From Psilocybe cubensis (lineage: Eukaryota): a DNA stretch of 64,000 bases. The notes beneath the pieces are model-generated. The model was not told where the DNA came from and did not search any database. It saw only the letters and a list, made by a program, of their open reading frames with translations. The stretch spans positions 1,736,001 to 1,800,000 of the forward strand of contig CM039001.1 of the NCBI GenBank assembly GCA_017499595.2. Direction: 5' to 3'. Made by a program: the position numbers and the translations under genes. This document shows positions 1 to 11,724 of this stretch, piece by piece; position 1 is the first letter of the stretch, and the number at the start of each line of letters is the position of its first letter.

Positions 1-1730
1 AGTTTGATGAGTGCGACAGTGCCCGTCATAAGTGAGGGTTGCCGTTGCGTCATTGGGGCTCCTGTGAAATATTCGGGGAGATGTTCATCATCGATTTCTA
101 CTGGGAGCTCAGCATCGCAATCGGAATCGTTGATACCAAGCGGTCGGCCAAGGGCAAGAGCCAGCATGCGGTCCAGAGTATACACACCCCACCATATCTT
201 CCGTCGTGTCTCTTTCTCGACAGGAGATACAGCAAGGCGCCGAGGTGAGCGCTGCGCAATGTGTGATATAAAATGAACATCAGGGGACGTGTAGATATAA
301 ATGTAGTTCTTACATGTAGCCCTAAGTCCTGTCCGGCCCGAACAGCCTGACCAATCAAAATCCATGCTTGGGGAAGGCAATTGACCGAGCATAAGAAGGA
401 TGACATCAAAATGAAGCATTGAACATGGGCGACTTGAATGTTCGGGTGACTGATGTACTGCAGAATAAGAGCCCTGTCAAAACAAGCAGCGATGAGAAAG
501 GGGCGTCCTGAATTAGAGTCAAAAGAAGTACCGTTCATAATAGACCATCCCCATTCCACCATCATCATGACGCTCTGTCGCCAAACGGGAGTCTGAGACT
601 AAGTTGGCTGCACAAGCAAAGACGGCAAAAACTAGAGAAAGAAAAGCGGTCTCGGCGCGAATGACATCAAGGTCATGTTGATTATCCATGATGTGCGCAA
701 ACTTCCGAAGAAAATAAGGCTTGTCGACGACAGGCATGAGGAAATGGAACCGCGAAAAATATGCTGCAACCTAGGCGATATGAAATTAAATTTGATTTTG
801 ATGAACAAAATACCTTATGGCAGGGACTTACAAGTTTTTCTGCTAGATCGCGGTCAGGGAATTCAACTTCCTCGGGACCGGGTAGTGCGTGTATTTTGCC
901 AAAAAACACAGATGCAGGAAAATAGAGTTTATTTACGCTTGGGCCGGGAGCTTGAGGATCTTCTTCCATAGGCGATATTCGATGCAGAGGAGATGAGGTG
1001 AGCGCTCTAAAGGATTGGATAAGAGACATGGTGGATGACCCTCCAATCCATCGCATGTGGCCATATTCATCAAGGGCAAGCTGTCCAAACAGCTCGCTGA
1101 CCTCATCTTCTGATTTGGCAATGGGCGAAGGGGTAGAAGATGATTCCGGCGGTGAAACCTTTGGGGCAATAGAACGCAACAAGGCCGCAGCAGGTGACAG
1201 AGCTTCTGGATTTATGGATTCAGGAAGAGTGGCTGGTGCAGAGCCATTAGGGGAAGGGGCCGTTGGCATGTGCTGCTCGAGGGCGGGGGCGATTTGAGAG
1301 AAGAGCGACTCCATGTGAAGCAATCGGGCTTCCAATTCCTGGACGTAGCTTGACAACGGAACACAAGCTTGAGCCATGCTGGACAAGAACACGAAGGGGG
1401 ACTCACTGTCTGCTCAACGCGGCCCTATCTTTGGTCTGCAACCAAGTACACTGGGAACCCGACGTTGCACACTGAGAGCATGTTGGCTCGCACCCATCAC
1501 ACTTGATCTTCTTGCGCCTAAAGAAATAGGAGAGAAAAAAGTCAAAAAGTGGGTCGGGGTGCGATGGAGGAGAGAGGAATGGTATGATACCTGCAGCTCT
1601 CACAGGCACGCCAGACCCGCCTCCGCTGCAACTGGAGGGGCTTTGCCGCTGCATCCTCAGTCATCGGGTCATCTTCTGGTCGTTTCTTCTTGGATGGGGC
1701 CATAGATGAGGATTCCTCGCCTTTGGCCAT
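1..1730 (-). CDS. Zn(II)2Cys6 fungal transcription factor with fungal-specific TF (middle homology) domain; 3' part runs off the window start
   Basis: Spliced exons give RRRVWRACESCR|RKKIKCDGCEPTCSQC...QCTW (binuclear cluster), then YVQELEARL (coiled coil), then FLSLVFAVFACAA, QAWILIGQAVRAGQDLGLH and RRKIWWGVY. ATG at 1730 (MAKGEESS). Confidence 0.92.
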
Positions 1731-3020
1731 TGTGTGCGAGAGGGTTGTTGGTGGTGAATGAGATGAGACAAACTCGAGCGATTCGCCCAAAAGGTCCAAG
1801 CTAATAGTAAAGCAGACCACGTGATGCTATCAAATCGGACCGCGAGTCTTCCTCGAAGTGTGCGCAGATTAAAAAGGCGTGCTATGCAACTCTATCTCCC
1901 AGCTTTTATACAGAACACATATCGGCCAGGGATCCAATAATTGCCGTCCTCGTGGCTGTCATCGACTGCCTAATGACATCGTGGGGCTGTGGCTTCTCTG
2001 GCCTCTGTAAAAAAGCTCGGCGGGTCAATTCCTCCCATGGCAATATTTTAGTTGCAAGTGCACAGTAAGGATTGGCCTGTTTCCGATTGCTCTCATTCAC
2101 TTCTGCATATGGGCGAAATATCCCCTGGCAATCGATCTAGTTTTCGTTTCATGGCCCCTCACCGACTGTCTGTGGCTTGAATGATCAGGCCTCGACCATT
2201 CAGCGCCCGAGAAATTATTCATGTTATTGATAAGATATATTTCGCTCGGATTAAATTGCACTTTTTCGGAATGTGCTAAATTTGAGTAGAAGTGAAAGGA
2301 GGAGAAGGTGACAGAATATCCGAGTTATCTGATATTCCGTGGGTGCGTAGGGCTTTGGCGGGTGGTCAGGAAAGACCAAGTGAAGGTCACGAGAAATGAC
2401 CGGATTCGAAGTGAGACACGCAAAGCGCGAGTCGTGAGGAAACGAAAGCGAGGAGAAAGGTTTAGCCGCCAAAGGCCTGAGCGCTTGGATCGAACCACGT
2501 GGAAATCGCAAACGAGAACCAACGGTGGCAGTACCAAACACTGGAAAAAGGAAAGAAAAGGGAGAGGAGGGTGGGCTCAAAAGAAAAATCGGAGGCGAGT
2601 CGAGGGGAAAGACGAGATGAGACTGGACGAGTCTGAAGACGAGCCGGTAGGGGAGAAAAATACGAGGACAACTTTTATTATATAGATGTACAGAAATTAA
2701 AGAATCAACAGAAGAGACTGGGGAGGTATGACAGGTGAGACCTGACAAGTGTCAGGTTCAGGAACCGGAAGACGTTAAGACGATCATTAAAACAGAGAAG
2801 ACAAAACTCAAATAAGCAATCGTCATCCTCGCTGCTATCTTATCCATAGATGAGTGCTACGCACTCATCGTGGATTGAGCTATTGTGAGAGTCGCGTATT
2901 CATTGGCTGCTGGGCCTCGCCGGATCCGGTAATTTCTACTTCACGCACGTGATCTTATTTGTTGCAAAGCCTCGCAAATGGCTGCACCAAACAAATACTT
3001 GTCGCTCATATTCAAACGCC

Positions 3021-3896
3021 ATGACGGACGCTGAGGTCACTCAACCAACGACACATGAGAACACGGAGCCCACGATAGAAGATGGAGACGATGAAGAATC
3101 AAACGTGCGCATGCTCTCTGTTCATAAATTACCTTTAACGCGTTCGTTGACGTCTACAACCCATGTAGGAAATTCTTCTTATGAAACAAAGAGTCGCCGA
3201 AATGGAGAGGGAGGCCACCAAGCTACGAGAGCTACAGGCTGCCGCAGCTGAGCAGGCGAACTCGGCAGAAGAATCCGCCTCCGCTATGGAAACAGATGAA
3301 GACAAGGCTGGTGCTGATAGCAGGAGTATTTATGTTGGAAACGTGAGTATGTACTTGGTATCCTGTGGGATTTTCTTTTTTACGTTCCTTCTTAGGTGGA
3401 CTATGGTGCAACTCCGGAAGAAATTCAGGGACACTTTCAGGCTTGTGGGACCATCAACCGAGTCACTATTCTTTGCGATAAATTCACCGGCCATCCTAAA
3501 GGGTGTGTTGTGCAGTCAGATTACTATTGACGTATGATTTTAACTCTTTTGCAATCTAGCTATGCATATGTGGAGTTTTCAGAGCCGGAACACATAGACG
3601 CTGCCGTTGCTCTAGATAACTCTCTTTTCAGAGGGAGACTTATCAAGGTGAGCAAGAGCACTTTAATTCTCGCCGTCAGATTTTGATTGGCTGTCAATTG
3701 AGGTCACCGCAAAACGAACCAACGTCCCCGGCTTTGGTCGCGGAAGAGGTCGAGGACGGCCGGGGTACAGGGGGGGCTACAGAGGTTACGCGGGCTACAG
3801 TCCTTATAGAGGAAGCCGAGGCAGGCGAGTTTGGTTCAATTTTTCTTCATGGTTGGTTCTTATCTATTTGATAGAGCAAGAGGTCGCGGATTCTAA
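3021..3896 (+). CDS. PABPN1: Nuclear poly(A)-binding protein (PABPN1/Pab2/Sgn1-like): coiled coil + RRM + RG-rich tail
   Basis: [63 protein letters not shown]. The last intron has a GC donor at 3825. Confidence 0.93.
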
Positions 3897-4259
3897 ACAT
3901 TTGGGAGTATCTTGCTCGGTCTCGGCTTTTGTCATCGCGCACTCTGTCTTTTTTGTCGATCCTAGTCTAGTAACACTTTCCACACTCTTTTTATTTTTTC
4001 TTTTGCTGTACGATACCAATCCAAAATTCAGGACTCGAGCATACACTACCATAATGCAAATTCATTTTTTTCCAATAGCTTTCTTGTAGCTTTCCACGCT
4101 AATTTCATTCTGCGCGTAAAGGTAAAATGCTGATACTCTGGCACGCCGTTGGACGCTCGTCTACCAGACGCGCGCGTCTGAATGTATTATGTAATCCAAA
4201 ATAAAAAGTCGTCCACGCGAAACCTGACGCCGAATGTAGCGCTGCTGCATCCGACTGCC

Positions 4260-4793
4260 ATGTTCTCCAACTTCTGCCGTGGGTCTGTCAGACTCATGTC
4301 TACAAGCACAAAATCTGCGGCTTCGCAAACTGTATCTGCAGTATACCCATTCTCCAAAACTGCCTTGACCCTTACCCGACCAGAATACGCGAGAACAACA
4401 CCTGCACTGAACAAAGGCAAAGGTTTAATGGACCATCTGCGGAATTCACTATACACCCCCGAAAAATACGCAATGATGAAATCTCTGTTCTCCAGAAAGT
4501 CGTCGAGCCAGCTCCGCGTCGGCAGCATCGTCACTGTGCTTTCGGAACAGGCACCAACTACATTTACGGGCGTGCTAATCGCCATTCGACGACGAGGACC
4601 AGACACGTCGATCCGAGTGCGGAATATCTTGCAAAGGACAGGGACCGAGATGCAGTTTTTCCCCAATTCGCCACACCTCAAGGAGATCAAGGTGGTGAGG
4701 CAACCACCAGGGGGTCGTATGAGAAGAGCCAAACTGTTCTATCTGCGGGATTCACCAGACAAGATGACAGGACTTGCTGGAGGCAAGAATTAG
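4260..4793 (+). CDS. MRPL19: Mitochondrial ribosomal protein L19 (bL19m, Img1-like)
   Basis: Intronless ORF with FTGVLIAIRRRGPDTSIRVRN...GTEMQFFPNSP...RMRRAKLFYLRD (L19 signature). The N-terminus from ATG 4260 is Arg/Ser-rich and presequence-like. Confidence 0.9.
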   Translation: MFSNFCRGSVRLMSTSTKSAASQTVSAVYPFSKTALTLTRPEYARTTPALNKGKGLMDHLRNSLYTPEKYAMMKSLFSRKSSSQLRVGSIVTVLSEQAPTTFTGVLIAIRRRGPDTSIRVRNILQRTGTEMQFFPNSPHLKEIKVVRQPPGGRMRRAKLFYLRDSPDKMTGLAGGKN

Positions 4794-5140
4794 TTGGTGA
4801 GCTCTGCACTCGTCTGCTCTGTCTGTTTCCTGACATCTCCCCGCGCACTGTCTATGTAGAGATGTTGGGACTGGCCTGGTTGAATTACATTCCCACTTGA
4901 TTTTTATAATACATTGTAATTTATGTGTGAGCCTTGAGCAGCTAATGTAAGAAATACGGTGCTGCAAGCCTTTTGTCGGCGTTGGTTGAGTTGGTTATTC
5001 ATTTCTGAAACTGCGGAGATGGAAAGTGTTACCGAAACGGAATGCCGAAAGCAGACATATTATCAATTACAAGCCTAGAATAGAGCAAGAGACACGGTGC
5101 AGCCTCGTTACTGCGTTACTCCCATATCCTTTCCCTCAAC

Positions 5141-7012
5141 ATGGCTCCAGGACGTCCTCGTTCGCTACGGGCGCTTACATTCGGCTCGGCTAAACGTGAA
5201 ATGTCTCCTGGTCCACCTTCACCAACGTTCTCTGATGCGACCCATGCATCTGCTATGAACTTTGGCCCCAATGGTCCTTCCAAGATCATTACTCGCGGTC
5301 ACCTGAAAGCAAGCCTTCAAGCATATGAAGACGTAAGCATTTAGAACAACTCGTGTCAAGGGCTTTAGATACCTATGTATGTCTAATGTCGCGGTCTCTG
5401 TGTCTCACCATCTTTAGCTTGTCAATAACTGCGCCGCATATCGTACTGCGCTTATCGCTTTATCCAAAGCGACAGCAGGATTCGCGGACTCGATGGAAAG
5501 ATGCAGTGGGTAAGTTGTATTTGATGCGGTCAGGTCAACTGGGTACCATTCTTTTGTTGTCTTTAGGTTGAAGGGCCCAAGCTACGAGTCAGGGACTCGA
5601 TTGCAAGCGGCGTCAGGAGTCCACCATCTAATGGGAAACCTTTGGCTTGTTTTGGCACGTATATCCCTTTAGAGATTGTCATCAAGGATGCTAATGTCTT
5701 TCAGTCGGAAACCCTGGATAAGAACTTTGAAAAGCCACTGCGACAACAACTGGAGAACTACAGGGATGTTGTAAACGTATGTTCCCGAGTTCAAAGGTCA
5801 TTCACACTTCACTCAAACATACACAGGAACGATCTCAAAGGTATGAGCGCGCCTTAAGGGAACGGAGCCGAATTATTCGGGAGACAGAAACGCGAAGTAT
5901 GAATCGAAAAGAGCGAAGTATGTTCGATGCCTTGCTTTGATTGCACAATTGATTGAGGCGAGTTTGTTTTATAGATCTAAAGAATTTCCGAGAGGCTTTA
6001 GCTGTTCTCCAAAACCAAGTTGATCAATTAGACCAATTAAAGGCATCTCACTATCAGGAAATCATCGAACATGAAGAAGAAGTTTGGAACGTCGTTCAAA
6101 ACAAAGTAGGTACCTTAATGACTGCAAATCAATGTATTTCTTTTTATGACAAATTTTCAGATATGTGTTGTCGTTCGCTCTGAGATGGACGTTTTCGACC
6201 GTTTCACATCTAAAGCGTATGTGGTTTCATGATGTCATATTGCACTGCAGCGACTGATATAGGTGAATGCTCCTCTTTATAGTTCGGACCCTATCATCGA
6301 GCCGATGTTACAGTCGGTCCCTGACCCCTTCGATTCTTATGGCCCACCTCCAGCAGAAGATCAAATATTTAGTATCCTTGCGCCCTTGGACATCATGACA
6401 ACGGCGACCTCTTCCACCGCTAGCCCAATGACTGGTAGCACTCCGGAACGAGACACCCTGTCCTCTCTACCTTCATCCGCCACCATGAAAATTACGTCTT
6501 GGCTTCCTGGCGCAAATGGTTCCAATTACACACCAGAATCTCAATCGGCTGAATGGGCCACCGTCCCGTCTCCCTCAAGCTCCGCCACTCCATCACGTTC
6601 GACTTCTCCCATACCTTCGTCATCTCCTCCAAGTGTATCTAGCCGTAGGCATTCTGTGCCGGCTGTGCATCGCAAAACTGAATCTAAACTAAGATCGGTT
6701 CTGTCCGTTATAGAGGAGGCCAAGCCGCGCCCACAAACTGAAGAAAGAGCACTTTCGGGACCTTCGCCCCTTCCATCCGTGTTGACAAATATCTCTGCGC
6801 CACAGAATCCCGATACCACCCCTGTTGACGTTGGCTGGAATTTTACATATGGCCAGTCCAATTATGACCATAGTGGGGGTCAATTGACCCCTCGATACTC
6901 AACGCTATTCTCACAATCTTCTCCACCATCTCTACCAGATTCACCCCCGACTCAAACTTTGGAGCGACATGGTCATGATGGCCAAACACATGCAGAGTCT
7001 GTTACAACATAG
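5141..7012 (+). CDS. IVY1: IMD/I-BAR domain protein (Ivy1-like) with Ser/Pro-rich C-terminal tail
   Basis: Spliced helical region IITRGHLKASLQAYED|LVNNCAAYRTAL...RLQAASGVHHLMGNLWLVL|SETLDKNFEKPL...DLKNFREALAVLQNQVDQLD resembles the Ivy1 I-BAR domain. Confidence 0.72.
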
Positions 7013-7146
7013 CACAATTGTGCAAGTCTAGCTTATATTTGTATTGATTATTAGTAGTTAGTATCTTCTATGGACATTATCGTTTACTACTATCTGATTA
7101 AATCTAACTCGATCAATCAAGATGATCCCAGGAAAGCGTTTTGCCA

Positions 7147-9892
7147 TTAAGCTGACGTCTGTCTTGGCATTATACCGTATTCTTCCAAAGCTTCGCGGCT
7201 AACAGCGGCTGGGCTCTTGAACAAAAGGTCAGTCCCTGAAGCCGACTTGGGAAAGGCAATAACATCGCGTATTGATTGGGTCTTGCAAAGGATGGCCATG
7301 ATGCGATCCAGACCTTGTCGGGGATAATGATTAGAACAAAGATGGACAAAAGCAAATAAATCGGAATACCTAGCGCAATGCCACCATGTGGAGGGGCGCC
7401 GCATTGAAGGGCATGCAGGAGTTGTTGGAAAGGATGTTTTTCTTCGTCAGTCAGCTGAGGATCCCCGATGCGTCAGTGAGCGGAAAAAGACCAAGTACTG
7501 ATGGCACAATCAATCAAACGCACCCCCAGGATAGTTGTAAATATGTAATCCTGCATTTTAGCGTCGTGGACCCGGACCGAGCCTCCACCAATTTCGACCC
7601 CATTCAAGACGAGATCATAATGCTGCCCGCGAACCTAGAGGGCAACAGTAAAGACAAAGGAATGTAGCGAAGATTAAAAGAATGTTATTACGTTTTCCGC
7701 CTCCCCGCGATACAGGGCGCCGATATCCTCCCACATTGGTGCTGTAAAAGGATGATGTGAGCTACTCCATCGGCCATGGGCCAGATGATCCTTGTCTGCA
7801 TCGTCCCGAGTAAATAAAGGGAACTCGGTTATCCATAGGAAGTGCGGGTCTTTGGTGATGACAAACTCTCCTAGAGAACATTATTCTTCCTTCAATCTAC
7901 GGAACTTGAGCGGAAACCAACCTCGTACTTGAGCTTGTTCACAGATTTGTAGCCTGACTCTGCCGAGAGAAGTGGACCCACCCTTGTCAAAGAAAGAGTT
8001 AAAAAATAGATATTCTCATGGTGGGTATAGTTGTAAAACGTACCGTCGGACGACGGGGCCTATAGCTAAGCCATATATCATCTCCTGGCTTCAGATTGAG
8101 GGCCTTGTTCACCGTCACAAGGTCCGTGGGAGCAATGTTAGAATATACATGAGAAATGGCCTTGCTGTTGGAAAGCCATGTTTCTCGATTGGCTTCTGTA
8201 AGGGTAATGTGTTCCTGGGTAGATTTTGTTGAGAATTTGGCCATCAGAACCGAGTGTGGGTGTGCGTACTCACGATGTTGGTGTCTGCTTCTGGTGCTAA
8301 GGCCCGTGAAGCTTTTATGAAGTCCGAATCAGTAGACTTTCTAACCACAATGCATTCAAGTATTGAATCCGTTAATGGAGATGTCTGATTAGCGTGTAAA
8401 ACATCACTAATATTGATGATCTAGGAAAAGGAAACGGGTGGTCAGGAAGTATAACCTCGAGGCAGATATTCAATCAGCACACCTCAAGTCCGAATCGAGT
8501 GTCAGGTTTATCAGAACCGAACTAAAAATAAATGTGTGTAATTAGCCAAGATATTGGGGGATAGGTTGTCATTGCCACTTGCGCGTGTCATTGCTTCATG
8601 GTAGCTCATAACTTTGAAACTATCTGCAAGCTGTATGCCTTCTACATCTTTCCAGATAGCTCGCACCAAGTCTTCGGCTATCTGGCGAACTTCAAGGCCG
8701 CCGATCCGCCAGACGTTTGAACTTTTTTCGACAAGATCGGAAACTTGATTTTCACCCCAAGAGACAAAGGCCATCTCAAGATCGACCTGGGTAAACTCGG
8801 GCTGCCTGTCTTTGCGACCGTCTTCATCTCGGAAACATTTTGCGATCTGGAAGTATTTATCGACGCCTCCAGAACATATAAGGAGCTGTTTCGGTTGCTG
8901 AGGCGATTGAGACAATGCGTAGAAGACTGGATCTGCATTCCCGACGTCCGGAGCTGCGACCGCCGACCGAGCGGGGACAAGAAATTCACGCGCGCCTTCA
9001 GGCGAAGATCTGAGAAGAACAGGAGTCTCGACTTCGGTAAAACCTGAGGTAAAGAATTAATGAGCGAGAGAAAAAAGTGGCTGAAAAGCACTGGACCTTG
9101 ACCGTGAAGCACGTTGCGAATTATATGAGTTACTTGACTGCGTTTCTTGAGATTGTCTGACAAGACGGTACGCCTCAAATCTAGATATCGGTACCGTGCA
9201 CGGAGCTCTTCATTTGGCTGGAGCGAAGATGAATAGAGAGGGCGAGGGATCCGAGGGAAAAGAAACTTGCCAGATTATGGATATTGGAGGGAAGAAAGGG
9301 CATACACTGTTCATTTGCAGGGTTTAGAAGAACGACCTTGTCGACATCGACATCAATAGAACCGGTAGGGCCCTGTATAGTTGACGTCAGACACACTTTC
9401 AGACTTGATTAAAATAAGACGACTGACAGGTTTCCGAGCATGGACAGGCCGCAGCACAACATTGCCCTCTATTAGGACTGTGGATTCCACGGGTATCTGA
9501 GAAAGCTCTGCCCAAGAAGAACCACGGAGATGGTCCACGAGAAGCTGAGTGGACCCATAGGAGTCCTTTAGATGGAAAAAAGACTTGTGTATGGTCTTTA
9601 CTTTGCTTGAAACGAGAAAAGATATGAGAAAGAGGAGGAGAAGGAGATAATTTGGTAATCACCGCTCGGGAAGTAACCAGCCCATTAAAATAACACGCTG
9701 GCCAACATTGCTGGCAGACAAGGAGCCACAAGAATGGGTACGAGACGGATATGGAGCTGAAGGAGAACTGTCGAGGAGAGAGACTTGTCAGACGAAAAAG
9801 AGCTGCTGACCAGAATGGGCGAGGGAACGAGAAAAAGATATAGCGGGACGAAAGCTGTGTGTGGTGCCATAAGCTCTAGCAAAGGAGAACAT
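7147..9892 (-). CDS. MSD1: Aspartyl-tRNA synthetase, mitochondrial (bacterial-type)
   Basis: RTHSCGSL (OB-fold start), [61 protein letters not shown]...IRDVIAFPK. The presequence-like exon 1 (MFSFARAYG...) joins in frame through a 54-nt intron. Confidence 0.95.
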
Positions 9893-10034
9893 GGGAGTTG
9901 AGAGAGAAAAAGGCGAATATTGCTTTAGTCGGAAGAGGGGACCCTGCTGAAAAGGCACATGGCCGCACGGCGATCAATCCTCCAGCGCACATATATAGCC
10001 GACCGCGATTGACCAAAGAGCAACCTGCCTCGCC

Positions 10035-11078
10035 ATGTCCCTCCAACAACTCCCGACAGAGCTCCTCGACGCCGTCGCCCTCCAGCTCGCCCCCACCGAC
10101 CTCGCTGCCCTCTCCCGAGTCGCCCCCGTCTTCTACCACGTCGCCCAGCGTCGTCTCTACAGGCATCTCCGTCTCGACTCGTCCTCTCTCACATGCGTCT
10201 TCACTCTCGCCAGCTGTCCCCACATCGCAAGTCATGTACGCTCTTTTGAGATCAGGCTCTCGCCCCAGTCTACCCTGCTGGCTGCCTTTTATCGTCGTCT
10301 CGCACTCGCAATCGCAAACATGGAAGAGCTCACTTCCCTCGTCCTCGCCGTCGACCAGGCAGCCAGCTGGATCCTCCGCACTCCTCCCCATCCCCGTCTG
10401 CGTCGCTTTTCCTCTTCCTTTCATCTCGACCACCATCTCGCCCACTTTCTCTCAAAGACAGACGCGCTTCTCGAGCTACACTTAGACCCGCCCCATGACT
10501 CTCTTTCTCCAGTCGCGCCTCTCCAGCACGGCGCGTTGCCCCTTCTCAATCAGTTCACCGGCCCTTCTCAGGCCGCCCAGCTCCTCGTCCCAGGCAGACC
10601 CGTCGAACACATCCATCTCAATTCCGGTGATCTCACAGAAGACCTGGCAGAAACTCTCGCGAGATCGACCGTGCCTATCACTGAGCTTCTCGCTACAACT
10701 ACCTCTCACTCCGTGTCCTTGATCGGCACTTTGACAAGATGTATGGAGCAGCTTGTCCATCTCAGGTTGGTCACAACCTACAATTTCTCGGATGCCCCCG
10801 ATGCTGTACGTGGATCTATTCTTCTTACCTTCCTGTCTTTGTCTCATCCTTTTTCTCTTTAGACCTACTTTTCAAACATTGCAAACGCCCTAACGTCCCT
10901 TCCTCACTTGCAAAGCTGTGAAATCTGGGGGATCCATTGGATTTCTTCCAACAAGGGCATTCAAGATCCAGCAAGGGTTTGGGAATCTGAAGCATTCAAT
11001 AACATACCCCCAAATAATCTCTTGACCAATGGCCAATTTTTAGACGACCTCTATTCCGATTTCTCATATGCATACTAA
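10035..11078 (+). CDS. F-box domain protein (basidiomycete-type, uncharacterised C-terminal region)
   Basis: N-terminal LQQLPTELLDAVALQLAPTDLAALSRVAPVFYHVAQRRLYR matches the F-box pattern. One intron lies near 10806-10862. Confidence 0.78.
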
Positions 11079-11724
11079 CCAACAAACCCCTGCGCTTTAT
11101 TATACTCTAAATTCCCCCCAAAATAATAATACATAGATTTTTTTATACTTATTACCCTTATTCCTTTAGATACAACGGAGCACCTACTCTTTCTACATTT
11201 ATTGTATTTATTGCCATCGATGGGCAAAAACGCCGGATAAATCTAAAATTTTACCTAGAAGACAATAAATGGGGTCCTAATACTATCGGCGGGGAAACAA
11301 CGACTTGAGAACAAGGGTCATAATGAACCTGACTAGAACAAACTTTTAAAGCTCGCACGCATGTGCAAGTTTGACGGCATTCAGAATCCTGCAGGATCAA
11401 TTGAGTCGCAGATTGTCAAGGGTCGACCCATGCGACGCCCACATGTCCCCCAAAAATGATGCAGGGTTGTAAAGGCTTTGAGAGGTATTGTTGCAAGTAG
11501 AAATTGAAATTCACCCCATATAGTAGGACTATTAAAAGACAGTAAAAGATACGAGCAAGGGATGCCTATGCTAGTGAAAGAAGAACACTTTCGGCGGTCA
11601 TAGTTCGACCTCGAAGACTGTAAAGTGAAAAACGGCATTCACCGAGCTTACGTAGTTGATCCATCACGTGGTGCACTTCTGCTGATCTCTTGACGCCAAT
11701 ATCGCATACCATCCAAAAGCTTCC

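Noticed and set aside
4187-4732. 181-aa antisense ORF over MRPL19
   Set aside because: It is a shadow frame of an intronless gene with no recognisable motifs.
9876-10485. 189-aa minus-strand and 195-aa alternative-frame ORFs over the F-box gene
   Set aside because: The GC-rich codon bias suppresses stop codons, and the translations are low-complexity.
11280-11700. Possible snRNA (Sm-site-like ATTTTTGG and a U5-loop-like GCCTTTAC on the minus strand) or small gene between the F-box gene and RPC34
   Set aside because: The loop does not match the invariant U5 GCCTTTTAC, I saw no convincing stem around it, and no splice model gave a recognisable peptide.
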